Shown here: positions 9,840 through 17,463 of the stretch, piece by piece
How the letters are laid out: every line of letters starts with the position of its first letter
Position numbering within the stretch: position 1 is the stretch's first letter
Source of the DNA: Candidatus Kerfeldbacteria bacterium
Lineage (GTDB): Bacteria > Patescibacteriota > Patescibacteriia > UBA10025 > JAHIVO01
Assembly: GCA_047946875.1 (NCBI GenBank)
Contig: CP181398.1
Span: 143,154 to 207,153 of the forward strand
Length of the DNA stretch: 64,000 nucleotides
Direction: 5' to 3'
Program-made: the position numbers and the translations under genes
The notes under the pieces: model-generated
Told to the model about the DNA's origin: nothing
The model's database searches: none
Seen by the model: only the letters and a program-made list of their open reading frames with translations

Positions 9840-10241
9840 ATGGCAAATAAAAAAATTAACCCAGTTTCCTTAAGGATACCAACAAAAGCCTATAGTCAAG
9901 GAGTTCTTGTTCCTTGCGGACAAAGTAATTTACTTTTTATTACTGGGCAGTTACCTCAAGATATTGATGGTAAAATTATCCACCAAGATGATGTAGGGGA
10001 GCAAGTTAGGCTTGTTTTTTCAAGGATTTCTGATATTTTGAAAGAAGCAGAGATGTCTTTCGATGATGTTGTGAAGCTCCAGATTTATGTGAGTGATATA
10101 GGTTCTGCAAAGACTGTATCCTCTATTAGAGATGAACTCTTTGGAGTTAGTAAACCCGCAAGCACACTTGTAGAAGTGTCAGGCTTTGTAAAAGAAGGTT
10201 GCAACGTTGAAATTGATGCCGTTGCAGCGAAGCTTGTTTAA
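9840..10241 (+). CDS. ridA: RidA/YjgF family reactive-intermediate deaminase
   Basis: GQLPQD...VRLVFSRISDILKEAEMSFDDVVKLQIYVSD...VEVSGFVKEGCNVEIDAVA matches the RidA/L-PSP fold. Confidence 0.85.
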   Translation: MANKKINPVSLRIPTKAYSQGVLVPCGQSNLLFITGQLPQDIDGKIIHQDDVGEQVRLVFSRISDILKEAEMSFDDVVKLQIYVSDIGSAKTVSSIRDELFGVSKPASTLVEVSGFVKEGCNVEIDAVAAKLV

Positions 10242-10274
10242 CTAACTTCTTTAGATTCGTTAGGAGGCTTACTC

Positions 10275-10342
10275 TTGTCATTGCGAGCAAAGCGAAGCAA
10301 TCTCATGAGATCACTTCGTCATTTTATTCCTCGTGATGACAA
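10275..10342. repeat. GC-rich nested-hairpin intergenic repeat, TTGTCAT-box family, copy B
   Basis: TTGTCATtgcgagcaaagcgaagcaatc...cgtgATGACAA immediately 3' of ridA. Same outer stem as copies A, C and D. Confidence 0.55.
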
Positions 10343-10359
10343 ATTAGAAAATAATATCT

Positions 10360-10815
10360 ATGAATTACCAAAGAATAATACAACAAATAGTTGAGCAGGC
10401 GAGAGAGTTGAAAGATATTAGCACAACAGAGAATAAAGCACGTGTGAACTATGCTTGTATTTTTTCGCAATCTAAGAAGGAATATAAGGAGTTAGAAACA
10501 GACGTGGCGCAATACGGTAAGCTAATAAAAGAAACAAAGATGGGGAATGTGTATTTAGTAGAGCCGATACAGACATGGTCTGGATTAGTAAAGATAGTAA
10601 AAATAAGAAAACCAGATCCTGAGCGACCTGAGCGGGGAGACGCTGATTTCACAGTAAGGGATTATAAGGTGTTTAAAAAAGAATATTTAGATAAGCCTGG
10701 GTTTAGTTTGATAGAACGTCCTGATATGGAAATGATAGAATTAGCTGATCCAAATTTTAATGTCTTGGCTTATTTCTCTAACCCAACACTTGGAGAGGTA
10801 TTGGGTATTAATTAA
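10360..10815 (+). CDS. Hypothetical protein
   Basis: 151-aa ORF with no recognisable motif. Confidence 0.55.
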   Translation: MNYQRIIQQIVEQARELKDISTTENKARVNYACIFSQSKKEYKELETDVAQYGKLIKETKMGNVYLVEPIQTWSGLVKIVKIRKPDPERPERGDADFTVRDYKVFKKEYLDKPGFSLIERPDMEMIELADPNFNVLAYFSNPTLGEVLGIN

Positions 10816-10852
10816 AAAAGGACCCAATAGTTGAATCCTTTACGTTAAATAT

Positions 10853-11071
10853 TTAGGCATAGTAGCACACAGTTGCCATCAGACTTATTCCGCAACAAAT
10901 TAGAGTGGCATTTCGATAGTACTTGCGAGTTCCTAGATCAATTGCCCAACGATGAAATTCATCGCAGATGCACAAGAAATAACAAATTGAGCTTACAAAA
11001 AGTACGGCAAGTCCTCCAAAAATGATAAGCGCCCATGCGGCTTCCCAAGCAGAATTGTATTCCACTATCAT
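10853..11071 (-). CDS. Small hypothetical membrane protein (72 aa, two predicted TM, Cys-rich)
   Basis: Sequence MIVEYNSAWEAAWALIIFGGLAVLFVSSICYFLCICDEF...LICCGISLMATVCYYA. Preceded on its own strand by a structured GC-rich leader plus terminator hairpin. Confidence 0.5.
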   Translation of the reverse strand: MIVEYNSAWEAAWALIIFGGLAVLFVSSICYFLCICDEFHRWAIDLGTRKYYRNATLICCGISLMATVCYYA

Positions 11072-11149
11072 AATATACCCCTTTATTAAATAGCAATTTT
11101 ATTATATTAAGTTTAGCTAGATAGGGTTGTTTTGTCAAAAAAAACCTGT

Positions 11150-11183
11150 AAAAAAAGTAGCGCACCCAGGGACGGATGCGCTC
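11150..11183 (-). terminator. Rho-independent terminator on the minus strand (repeat copy 2), in the 5' leader of the 10853..11071 gene
   Basis: Minus-strand GAGCGCA-uccgucccuggg-UGCGCU followed by U7, with the core identical to 9584-9612. Its position between a structured element and the downstream ORF suggests an attenuator. Confidence 0.55.
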
Positions 11184-11194
11184 GGAGGATTTCA

Positions 11195-11280
11195 TAACCA
11201 TAGAGAGCACACTTTCCGCCCATCTTCGCCTTTGACGAAACTAATGGCGGGCAGGTCTAGTGTGCGAACGAAATAGTATT
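11195..11280. repeat. GC-rich nested-hairpin structured element (outer stem GCACACT/AGTGTGC)
   Basis: gaGCACACTttccgcccatcttcgcctttgacgaaactaatggcgggcaggtctAGTGTGCg. Nested CCGCC/GGCGG and ttcg/cgaa stems. Contains the GGCGGGCAGG box. Confidence 0.5.
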
Positions 11281-11284
11281 TATA

Positions 11285-11359
11285 TTGACATGGATGTCTA
11301 TTCATGATATTTTGGTATATAAATAAAAACATAAATTGAACTTAAAAAAAGGATAAAAA
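11285..11359 (+). promoter_or_regulatory. Promoter/5'UTR module P1 (75-bp repeat copy 1)
   Basis: TTGACA, then a 17-bp spacer, then TG-n-TATTTT, then a conserved AT-rich leader ending in an RBS GGA. About 90% identical to 11609..11686. Confidence 0.6.
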
Positions 11360-11515
11360 ATGGCAGTAGATGATAAAAATACCGAATGTCCTCATTGTAA
11401 TGGACGTACAACCTGTACTTGCTCAAGTTGCGGAGCTTATGTCACTGGCAGGGGTGGAAAGGAATGGAAAAAGGGTATTTGCAAGGTTTGTGGTGGCTCT
11501 GGTAAAGCCAGATAA
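11360..11515 (+). CDS. Unannotated 51-aa Cys-rich miniprotein with DnaJ-type zinc-finger motifs
   Basis: Too short for the ORF track (under 60 aa). Sequence MAVDDKNTECPHCNGRTTCTCSSCGAYVTGRGGKEWKKGICKVCGGSGKAR, i.e. CxxCxG...CxxCxG...CxxCGGSG. Driven by promoter module P1 and followed by a terminator. Confidence 0.6.
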   Translation: MAVDDKNTECPHCNGRTTCTCSSCGAYVTGRGGKEWKKGICKVCGGSGKAR

Positions 11516-11551
11516 TCCTGGTAAGTAGTTTCAAAAGCTATGATAGTAACT

Positions 11552-11584
11552 CCGTTGATTAATTTTAACGGGGTTTCATTTTTT
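11552..11584 (+). terminator. Intrinsic terminator after the miniprotein gene
   Basis: CCGTT-gattaatttt-AACGG hairpin followed by gTTTCATTTTTT. Confidence 0.5.
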
Positions 11585-11608
11585 GTAAAACAAAAAATTA
11601 CAAAAGGA

Positions 11609-11686
11609 TTGACATAGACGTTTATCTATGATATTTTGGTATATAAATAAAAACATAAATTGTACGTAAAAAAAAGGAGAAAAACG
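11609..11686 (+). promoter_or_regulatory. Promoter/5'UTR module P2 (75-bp repeat copy 2)
   Basis: TTGACAtagacgtttatctatgatattttggtatataaataaaaacataaattgtacgtaaaaaaaaGGAGaaaaacgATG, a near-duplicate of P1. Confidence 0.6.
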
Positions 11687-12034
11687 ATGTCAGATATGTC
11701 TTGTATGGTACCACGTGAAAAGGTTGCATTAAGAATTACAACAGGTAATGATAATGATCAAACCGTTTATGTATTCGGTCCCCCAGACAAAAATGAATTT
11801 AGAAAGGTTCAACGAAATGACGAAAAACCTTTCACAGCTAAGATAATGGGACCAGTTGTAGATGAGATTTTGGTTGATGATGTGGTAGTGGGCATATACA
11901 CACAATTAGCTAATAAGCAGGTCCTAGCGCATAAAAAAATGCTTGAAGTGGGCACTCCAATGGGACTTTGGACTGAACCTGATGCCAAAGAAACTCGAAT
12001 TTCAAGACCTATTATCAAGATAGAGATTATTTAA
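11687..12034 (+). CDS. Hypothetical protein (116 aa)
   Basis: Start ATG at 11687, 7 nt after a GGAG RBS. The track ORF extends to 11660. Sequence MSDMSCMVPREKVALRITTGNDNDQTVYVFGPP... Confidence 0.6.
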   Translation: MSDMSCMVPREKVALRITTGNDNDQTVYVFGPPDKNEFRKVQRNDEKPFTAKIMGPVVDEILVDDVVVGIYTQLANKQVLAHKKMLEVGTPMGLWTEPDAKETRISRPIIKIEII

Positions 12035-12049
12035 ATCTTTTATCTAAAA

Positions 12050-12077
12050 CCTCCAATTTTTACTGGAGGTTTTTTTA
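12050..12077 (+). terminator. Intrinsic terminator
   Basis: CCTCCA-atttttac-TGGAGG hairpin followed by T7. Confidence 0.75.
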
Positions 12078-12102
12078 TATTTGAAAATAAGTATGTATAA
12101 AT
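12054..12102. repeat. Direct repeat DR-a (about 48 bp) flanking the metallopeptidase gene
   Basis: caatttttactggaggtttttttatatttgaaaataagtatgtataaa matches 14142..14190 (caaatttttactggaggtttttttatatgttataataagtatatatgaa). Confidence 0.6.
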
Positions 12103-12167
12103 TCTCTTGGTAATAAAAAAACACTTTAGAAAAACTAAAGTGTTTTTTATTGAAAAGTTTTTATAAT

Positions 12168-14015
12168 TTACTCCGCTATTTGAAGTAGGTCAGCGGTGGT
12201 AAATTTCTGCGATCCGCCGGTGTCTTTGTTAGTGATGGTGAGCGTGACATCTTCTTTTGTTCCGTCTGATGTTATCAGCTGCATGGTGTCAGTATCTAAG
12301 GAGTTATCACCGAGTGGGATTTTGACATGAATTTTATCTAAAGTAACTACCTTTGATGTGCCAAATGAAACGGTTGCCTCAGAGTCAATGTCAATATCGC
12401 CACCTACTAATGTTGAATCTTCTCTGGTATCTTTAAATAGAATTGTCGTGGTGGCAAACTCTGTCGTCGATGAGTATTCTTTACCGCTGATAGATATTGT
12501 GTATGTAGTATCAACTAATGATGTGTCAGTTGGTATTGTTCCTATTTGCTGTTTAATGCTTTCTATACTATAAGCTTCAGCTTTATTTTCTACTATAATA
12601 TCGATATATGAAGTTTGTTCACCGCGTGCACTGGAATACGGAGCAAGGCGATTTGTAATTTGTCGCTCATTCACAAGACCATAGCGGAAGTCTAGATTAT
12701 AGCCGCCACACATGACTGACGAATATGTCCCTTTGATATTATTTGATACATACGAACATCCATTAAAGTACCCAACATCTAACGCTTCTTTTACTTGGCC
12801 TTCAAGATCACCCCACCATAATTCCGCTACAACTACAGAACTTGCGCAGTTTGGAAAACCTGGACTATTGGATCCACTAGAGTCAATTCTTTCATCTCTG
12901 AGTAGGAAAGCTTGGTGGCCAAATTCATGATGGAAAACATGGCGAATACCGCGCACGGCCCCTTGTTCCATCTCAAGAAAATCAGTAGTCGCTATATATG
13001 AATCTCGATTGTAATGCGCATAACCGACAACCCCGTCGGGGAAGGTAGTGTTACATAGGAAAACAGGATAAACGATGCCATTACTGATACCACTCTTTTC
13101 AATCGCCCAATTGTAATGGTCAGCTCCAAATTCGCAACTTGTTAGGAGTTGCTCATTGAGGTACCAAAAATTATATTTATCTAAATTATCTTTAAGTACT
13201 TCCATTTCAGCGAATGGCTTTACCTCAGTTAGCCAGTTATATTCCGGATGGCCCGCTCCATAATATGTTAAGTTAAATGGTTCAACATTATACTGATCAT
13301 TTAAGTCGATTAACACTTTACTTTTGATTATTACCTCATTTATCGATGGCTGATCTGATCCGATAAATACGACATTTACACGATTTGCATTCTTATCATT
13401 ATGATTACTATACAACTCTTTTAATATAGGTATGCATGTACAACCATTACACTGCTCATCAAGTCCGCATCCACCATTATAATCGCATTCTTCCCCTAGT
13501 TCTGGTTGAATTTGCCCATCTCCACATGAATATTTACACGCACCATCATCACAGTACCAATAATTTCCATACCGCACCGAACAATCCGCTTCTGTAGAGC
13601 TAAATTCAGGCCCTAAAAGGGCTTCGGTTTCTTCATTAGCCTCTGTATCAATACTAGCACCACGGATGACAGGGGTATTGATTTCTGGGCTATTTGGGCA
13701 ATAATAATCAACTACATGATCGCTAGTTTCGCAGTTATCAGTGTATTTATTAATCTTTCCATAGCCATTATCAATTGTCACCCATCCATGCCTTTTAAAG
13801 GCATCTTTTCCGTCTGAATCACGGCATATTGGTGTACCACTTAAAATAGGATCAGTTTCTGAGTCCGGTCCAATTATTAATCCATACACAAGTCCACCTC
13901 CGGCGATAACGGCCGCGAGTATCATCGTAGTGAGCGCAATCATGACTGGTGTCTGGATTTTTGTTGAAGTGATTTGTTGGATTTGTTTGTTCATAGGTTT
14001 TTTCTTAGGAGGCAT
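12168..14015 (-). CDS. Membrane-anchored secreted zinc metallopeptidase (HExxH), Cys-rich
   Basis: N-terminal TM (IALTTMILAAVIAGGGLVYGLII). HEFGH motif (VFHHEFGHQAFLLRDE) with downstream Glu candidates, i.e. gluzincin-like. Many Cys pairs (CGDGQ...CDYNGGCG...CNGCTC). Confidence 0.75.
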   Translation of the reverse strand: MPPKKKPMNKQIQQITSTKIQTPVMIALTTMILAAVIAGGGLVYGLIIGPDSETDPILSGTPICRDSDGKDAFKRHGWVTIDNGYGKINKYTDNCETSDHVVDYYCPNSPEINTPVIRGASIDTEANEETEALLGPEFSSTEADCSVRYGNYWYCDDGACKYSCGDGQIQPELGEECDYNGGCGLDEQCNGCTCIPILKELYSNHNDKNANRVNVVFIGSDQPSINEVIIKSKVLIDLNDQYNVEPFNLTYYGAGHPEYNWLTEVKPFAEMEVLKDNLDKYNFWYLNEQLLTSCEFGADHYNWAIEKSGISNGIVYPVFLCNTTFPDGVVGYAHYNRDSYIATTDFLEMEQGAVRGIRHVFHHEFGHQAFLLRDERIDSSGSNSPGFPNCASSVVVAELWWGDLEGQVKEALDVGYFNGCSYVSNNIKGTYSSVMCGGYNLDFRYGLVNERQITNRLAPYSSARGEQTSYIDIIVENKAEAYSIESIKQQIGTIPTDTSLVDTTYTISISGKEYSSTTEFATTTILFKDTREDSTLVGGDIDIDSEATVSFGTSKVVTLDKIHVKIPLGDNSLDTDTMQLITSDGTKEDVTLTITNKDTGGSQKFTTADLLQIAE

Positions 14016-14141
14016 ATTGCTATAATTTAATATAATATTTTATCACTTCATTATTATACGCTAATATTACGTTAAAATCAAAAAACCCAAATTTAAAGGC
14101 TTATCAAAAAGATATAGATTATTTAGAGAATTATTAAATCT

Positions 14142-14190
14142 CAAATTTTTACTGGAGGTTTTTTTATATGTTATAATAAGTATATATGAA
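14142..14190. repeat. Direct repeat DR-b (partner of 12054..12102)
   Basis: See DR-a. Copy b lacks the left arm of the terminator hairpin and includes the ATG of the downstream HD gene. Confidence 0.6.
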
Positions 14191-14734
14191 CTACGAAAGA
14201 ATAAACCAAGCTATTGAATACGCGTCTGAAATGCATCATGATTTACGTTATAAATATAACGATAATAAGTTTCAGGTTGCTCACATTTTTTTTGTTGGTG
14301 CTATTTTGATGAAACATGGTTTTGACGATGATGTTATTATCGCTGGTTTCTTGCATGATGCGATAGAGGATACAGATGTTACCAAAGAAGATATTGAGAA
14401 AAGGTTTGGTAAAAGAGTAGCAGACTTTGTAGAGGCAGAGACAGTGGATCAGACTATTGAATGGAAGAAGAGACAGTATCTTATGCAGGATAATGTACGT
14501 AATGCTTCTCTTGAAGTTAAAGCTATCAAAACCGCTGATCAATTACATCAATTAAACTTGTTTACTGACGATAGCCATCTTGCCAGTCAGAACAACTATA
14601 TCAACCAAAAAGGTGCTAAGAAAGCTTATTGGAAATATGAGCAGTTATTAGAGGCTATTGGGACTGGTTGGTCACATCCAATCCTTGATGATGCATATGT
14701 ATTACTCAAGAAGATGAAGAAAAAATATCTTTAA
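14186..14734 (+). CDS. HD-domain (p)ppGpp hydrolase-like protein (SpoT/Mesh1-type small alarmone hydrolase)
   Basis: H..H-x22-GFLHDAIEDTDVTKEDIEKRFG ... IKTADQLHQLN, the RelA/SpoT HD hydrolase signature. No synthetase domain. 182 aa. Confidence 0.7.
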   Translation: MNYERINQAIEYASEMHHDLRYKYNDNKFQVAHIFFVGAILMKHGFDDDVIIAGFLHDAIEDTDVTKEDIEKRFGKRVADFVEAETVDQTIEWKKRQYLMQDNVRNASLEVKAIKTADQLHQLNLFTDDSHLASQNNYINQKGAKKAYWKYEQLLEAIGTGWSHPILDDAYVLLKKMKKKYL

Positions 14735-15348
14735 TAATTTGTACTTTCTATAACCTGCCAAAGGTGGATAGGTGTTAAGTAACAAAGAGTTCTAAGAGTC
14801 TTCAAGACACTTTTTTTAATACCATAATTAGTATGGGATGGTTTAATAAATATCCTTGGACCTACATAATACTAAAAACTATATTTTGATAAATATTTTA
14901 GATAATAAATGATGTAAAAAAAATAACTGACTTCGTTTTTATACGAAGTCAGCTTATTACCCCACAATGGTTATATCGACAACAACCGTCTGTAATTGTC
15001 GATATCAAAAAAAATAATTCAAAGAACGTTTTTCCTTATACCAGGACAGGTAAAGGTTATCCGATTAGTTGGATGGGGTGGGTACGAATAATAATATTAT
15101 AACAAATAATTCATTAGGTCAAGGTTGGATTGTTTTCAAAAAAAAATGAGGCGCTCGTGAACATATTGCATATGTTCAGTCATGGCAGCCTCATTAAGTA
15201 AATGTTACTCTTTCAAGTTTTAGTTATAGAAAGTACAACTCTTTTCTGATCGTCTAATCATCCTTTTATTTTTATGGTGTTTATATTATATCAATCATTT
15301 GGGTAGCTAGTCAATGAATTAATATCTAAAATATGCTAAAATATATGC

Positions 15349-16029
15349 ATGGAAAATGAACCAAAAAATATAGATATTAAAATGTTAGCGATAATATTTA
15401 CATTAGTATCAGTACTGATTATCAGCGGTATTTCTTTTTATTTGATATCAGAAAGCAAAGGCACGAAAATAACAATACCTGTTGTAAATTCAACGACAAA
15501 TACAAATACTAATACTAACATTATAAATGTGAATCAAGATTTAAATACTAATTATTTTCCGTATATTGCGCCAAGTACTGCAATGTATGATCTTTATCTT
15601 TGTCCTGGAGTGACTATTTCGAACCCTTCAGCTACAGATTGCTTTTATACTACAAACTTGATAAGTGATGATAGTACGATAAATATTCATGGAAGCTATA
15701 TAAATAACGTAGGAGTAGATTGGCAAAGTTTATTTGTAGTAGTGAAAGATTGTCCCACTTGCGATGTTCCTAGATATTTAGATTTTGATACTGCTACACG
15801 GAGTATGACTGCATGTTCGATATCTGGGCAAATTGATCCAAATAATTTTGGTGTTTTTAATCAATTTATTTATCCTTCCACAGATGATTGGTCAGAAGAA
15901 ATATTAAGCGCTAAGGATCATGTTAGAATAGAAATTGATAAATATTTTAAAGAGGGGAATGATATTTATATGATACAAGCATCACCAGCCGGCTGTGATC
16001 TGCTAGTAACAAATTTCCAGGTATTATAA
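15349..16029 (+). CDS. Membrane-anchored hypothetical extracellular protein
   Basis: N-terminal TM followed by a Thr/Asn-rich linker (TNTNTNTN) and a Cys-containing domain. Confidence 0.6.
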   Translation: MENEPKNIDIKMLAIIFTLVSVLIISGISFYLISESKGTKITIPVVNSTTNTNTNTNIINVNQDLNTNYFPYIAPSTAMYDLYLCPGVTISNPSATDCFYTTNLISDDSTINIHGSYINNVGVDWQSLFVVVKDCPTCDVPRYLDFDTATRSMTACSISGQIDPNNFGVFNQFIYPSTDDWSEEILSAKDHVRIEIDKYFKEGNDIYMIQASPAGCDLLVTNFQVL

Positions 16030-16039
16030 ATTTAAGGTA

Positions 16040-16066
16040 ATATAAAAACCCGCCAGATGGCGGGTC
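16040..16066 (-). terminator. Terminator for cspA (minus strand); the hairpin is also usable on the plus strand
   Basis: ACCCGCCA-ga-TGGCGGGT hairpin followed by a U-run on the minus strand. Confidence 0.7.
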
Positions 16067-16090
16067 TTTACGCTATAAATTTAAAAAAAT

Positions 16091-16288
16091 TTACGCTTTG
16101 CTGACTTTTGTAGCTGCAGGACCTTTTGGAGTATCTGAGATCTCGAAAGTAACAGCGTCACCTTCTTGAAGTTCATTATACTCGACTCCTTCCAACTCAT
16201 TTGAGTGGAAAAATAAGTCTTTGTCTTGGTCTTCAGCTGTAATAAAGCCAAAGCCTTTGTCAGTCAATTTTTTTATTGTTCCTTGCAT
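16091..16288 (-). CDS. cspA: Cold shock protein (CspA family)
   Basis: MQGTIKKLTDKGFGFITAEDQDKDLFFHSNEL..., with RNP1 (KGFGFI) and RNP2 motifs. Long 5'UTR upstream, as is typical of csp genes. Confidence 0.93.
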   Translation of the reverse strand: MQGTIKKLTDKGFGFITAEDQDKDLFFHSNELEGVEYNELQEGDAVTFEISDTPKGPAATKVSKA

Positions 16289-16573
16289 GTTTGTGTAGAA
16301 ATAAAAATTGAATTAAATAGTTATAGTAGCTTTTGAAATTCGACTTATATTTCTATACTAACTATACTCTAAACGCACTTTTCAATAGATCTAAAATCAA
16401 ACTATCGATTAGATTGTTCACCATTATACTAGCAAATAAAGGAATATTTGTCAATGGTAGTGATTAGTCCAATAAAAAAAGACCTAATTATTACTAGGTC
16501 TTAGGTATTAGATAGTATCAATAAATAGCGAAATATGCTAAAATACTGACATAATTAATTAAAAGTTAACAAT

Positions 16574-16885
16574 ATGAATGGACAACCAGCCGGCCAACAG
16601 GGTCAACAAATTAATATAAAAATAGATGATGCTACTCTAAAAGGAGTGCATGCTAATGCAATGGGAATTTCTCATGCTAAAGAAGAGTTTGTATTAGATT
16701 TCATGAATATCTATCCTTGGCAAAAAGTAGGTGTTGTGACCGCAAGAGTTATCACGGGACCAGGTCATATGAAAAGAATTTATAAAGCGTTGGAAGAAAA
16801 TATAAAAAAATATGAGGAAAAGTTTGGCAAGATAGAAGAAGCACAGTCTCCACAAGATGGGGAGATAGGTTTTAAAACTGCATAA
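16574..16885 (+). CDS. Small hypothetical protein (DUF3467-like)
   Basis: 103-aa ORF. The family assignment is by recollection only. Confidence 0.5.
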   Translation: MNGQPAGQQGQQINIKIDDATLKGVHANAMGISHAKEEFVLDFMNIYPWQKVGVVTARVITGPGHMKRIYKALEENIKKYEEKFGKIEEAQSPQDGEIGFKTA

Positions 16886-16937
16886 AAAAAGCCCGCACAT
16901 TAAATCGTGAGGGCTATTAAACTTTTTGGTGGTTTGT

Positions 16938-17330
16938 TTACTCGGGTACGATTTCGAAAAACTTTTTCAAATAATTCATTGAATGAGTAAAGAAGTTGGC
17001 AACATTACATTCGTAGATAATAAAGTCACCTTCTTTGTCTGCGATGCTAACGTAGTAAGTTGACCCTTTTCGGAATACCGTTTCATCACCTTGTTCAATG
17101 TTCTCTTTGCATTTGACAAGGATAACTTTAATGAAGAAGTTTTTGGATTCATCTTCTGAGAATGATACGATACCGCCACCACCCTTGTAGATATAAACAA
17201 AAGTGTCACTATTCTCAGTATCCAACTGTCGGATAAAGTAAATTTTTCCAGAGACGAATTCATAACCATCTTTGACCACCGTTTTGGTGCATTTCAGTTT
17301 TAAAGAGCTTTGGATTTTCTGCACATCCAT
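16938..17330 (-). CDS. Hypothetical protein
   Basis: 130-aa ORF on the minus strand, convergent with the 16574 gene. A GGGG loop is present. Confidence 0.55.
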   Translation of the reverse strand: MDVQKIQSSLKLKCTKTVVKDGYEFVSGKIYFIRQLDTENSDTFVYIYKGGGGIVSFSEDESKNFFIKVILVKCKENIEQGDETVFRKGSTYYVSIADKEGDFIIYECNVANFFTHSMNYLKKFFEIVPE

Positions 17331-17463
17331 CTTTCACCTCACTATTGTTATATTTTTTAATATTAACCGTATTAAACTTATCAATCGAAAAAACGATTGT
17401 CAATGATAATAAAAGAATTATAATTGCTTAATTAATATGGTAATTTAGCAGAATTATTGTATA

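Noticed and set aside
11195-11280. Known riboswitch class (fluoride, guanidine, Mn) upstream of the small membrane protein gene
   Set aside because: The layout is suggestive, but I could not match any riboswitch consensus by eye. It is kept as an unclassified leader rather than a named riboswitch.
12168-14015. Specific MEROPS family for the HEFGH peptidase
   Set aside because: Only HExxH and candidate downstream Glu residues are visible. No third His/Met-turn (metzincin) or clear thermolysin-like Nx spacing could be confirmed. The family is left unspecified.
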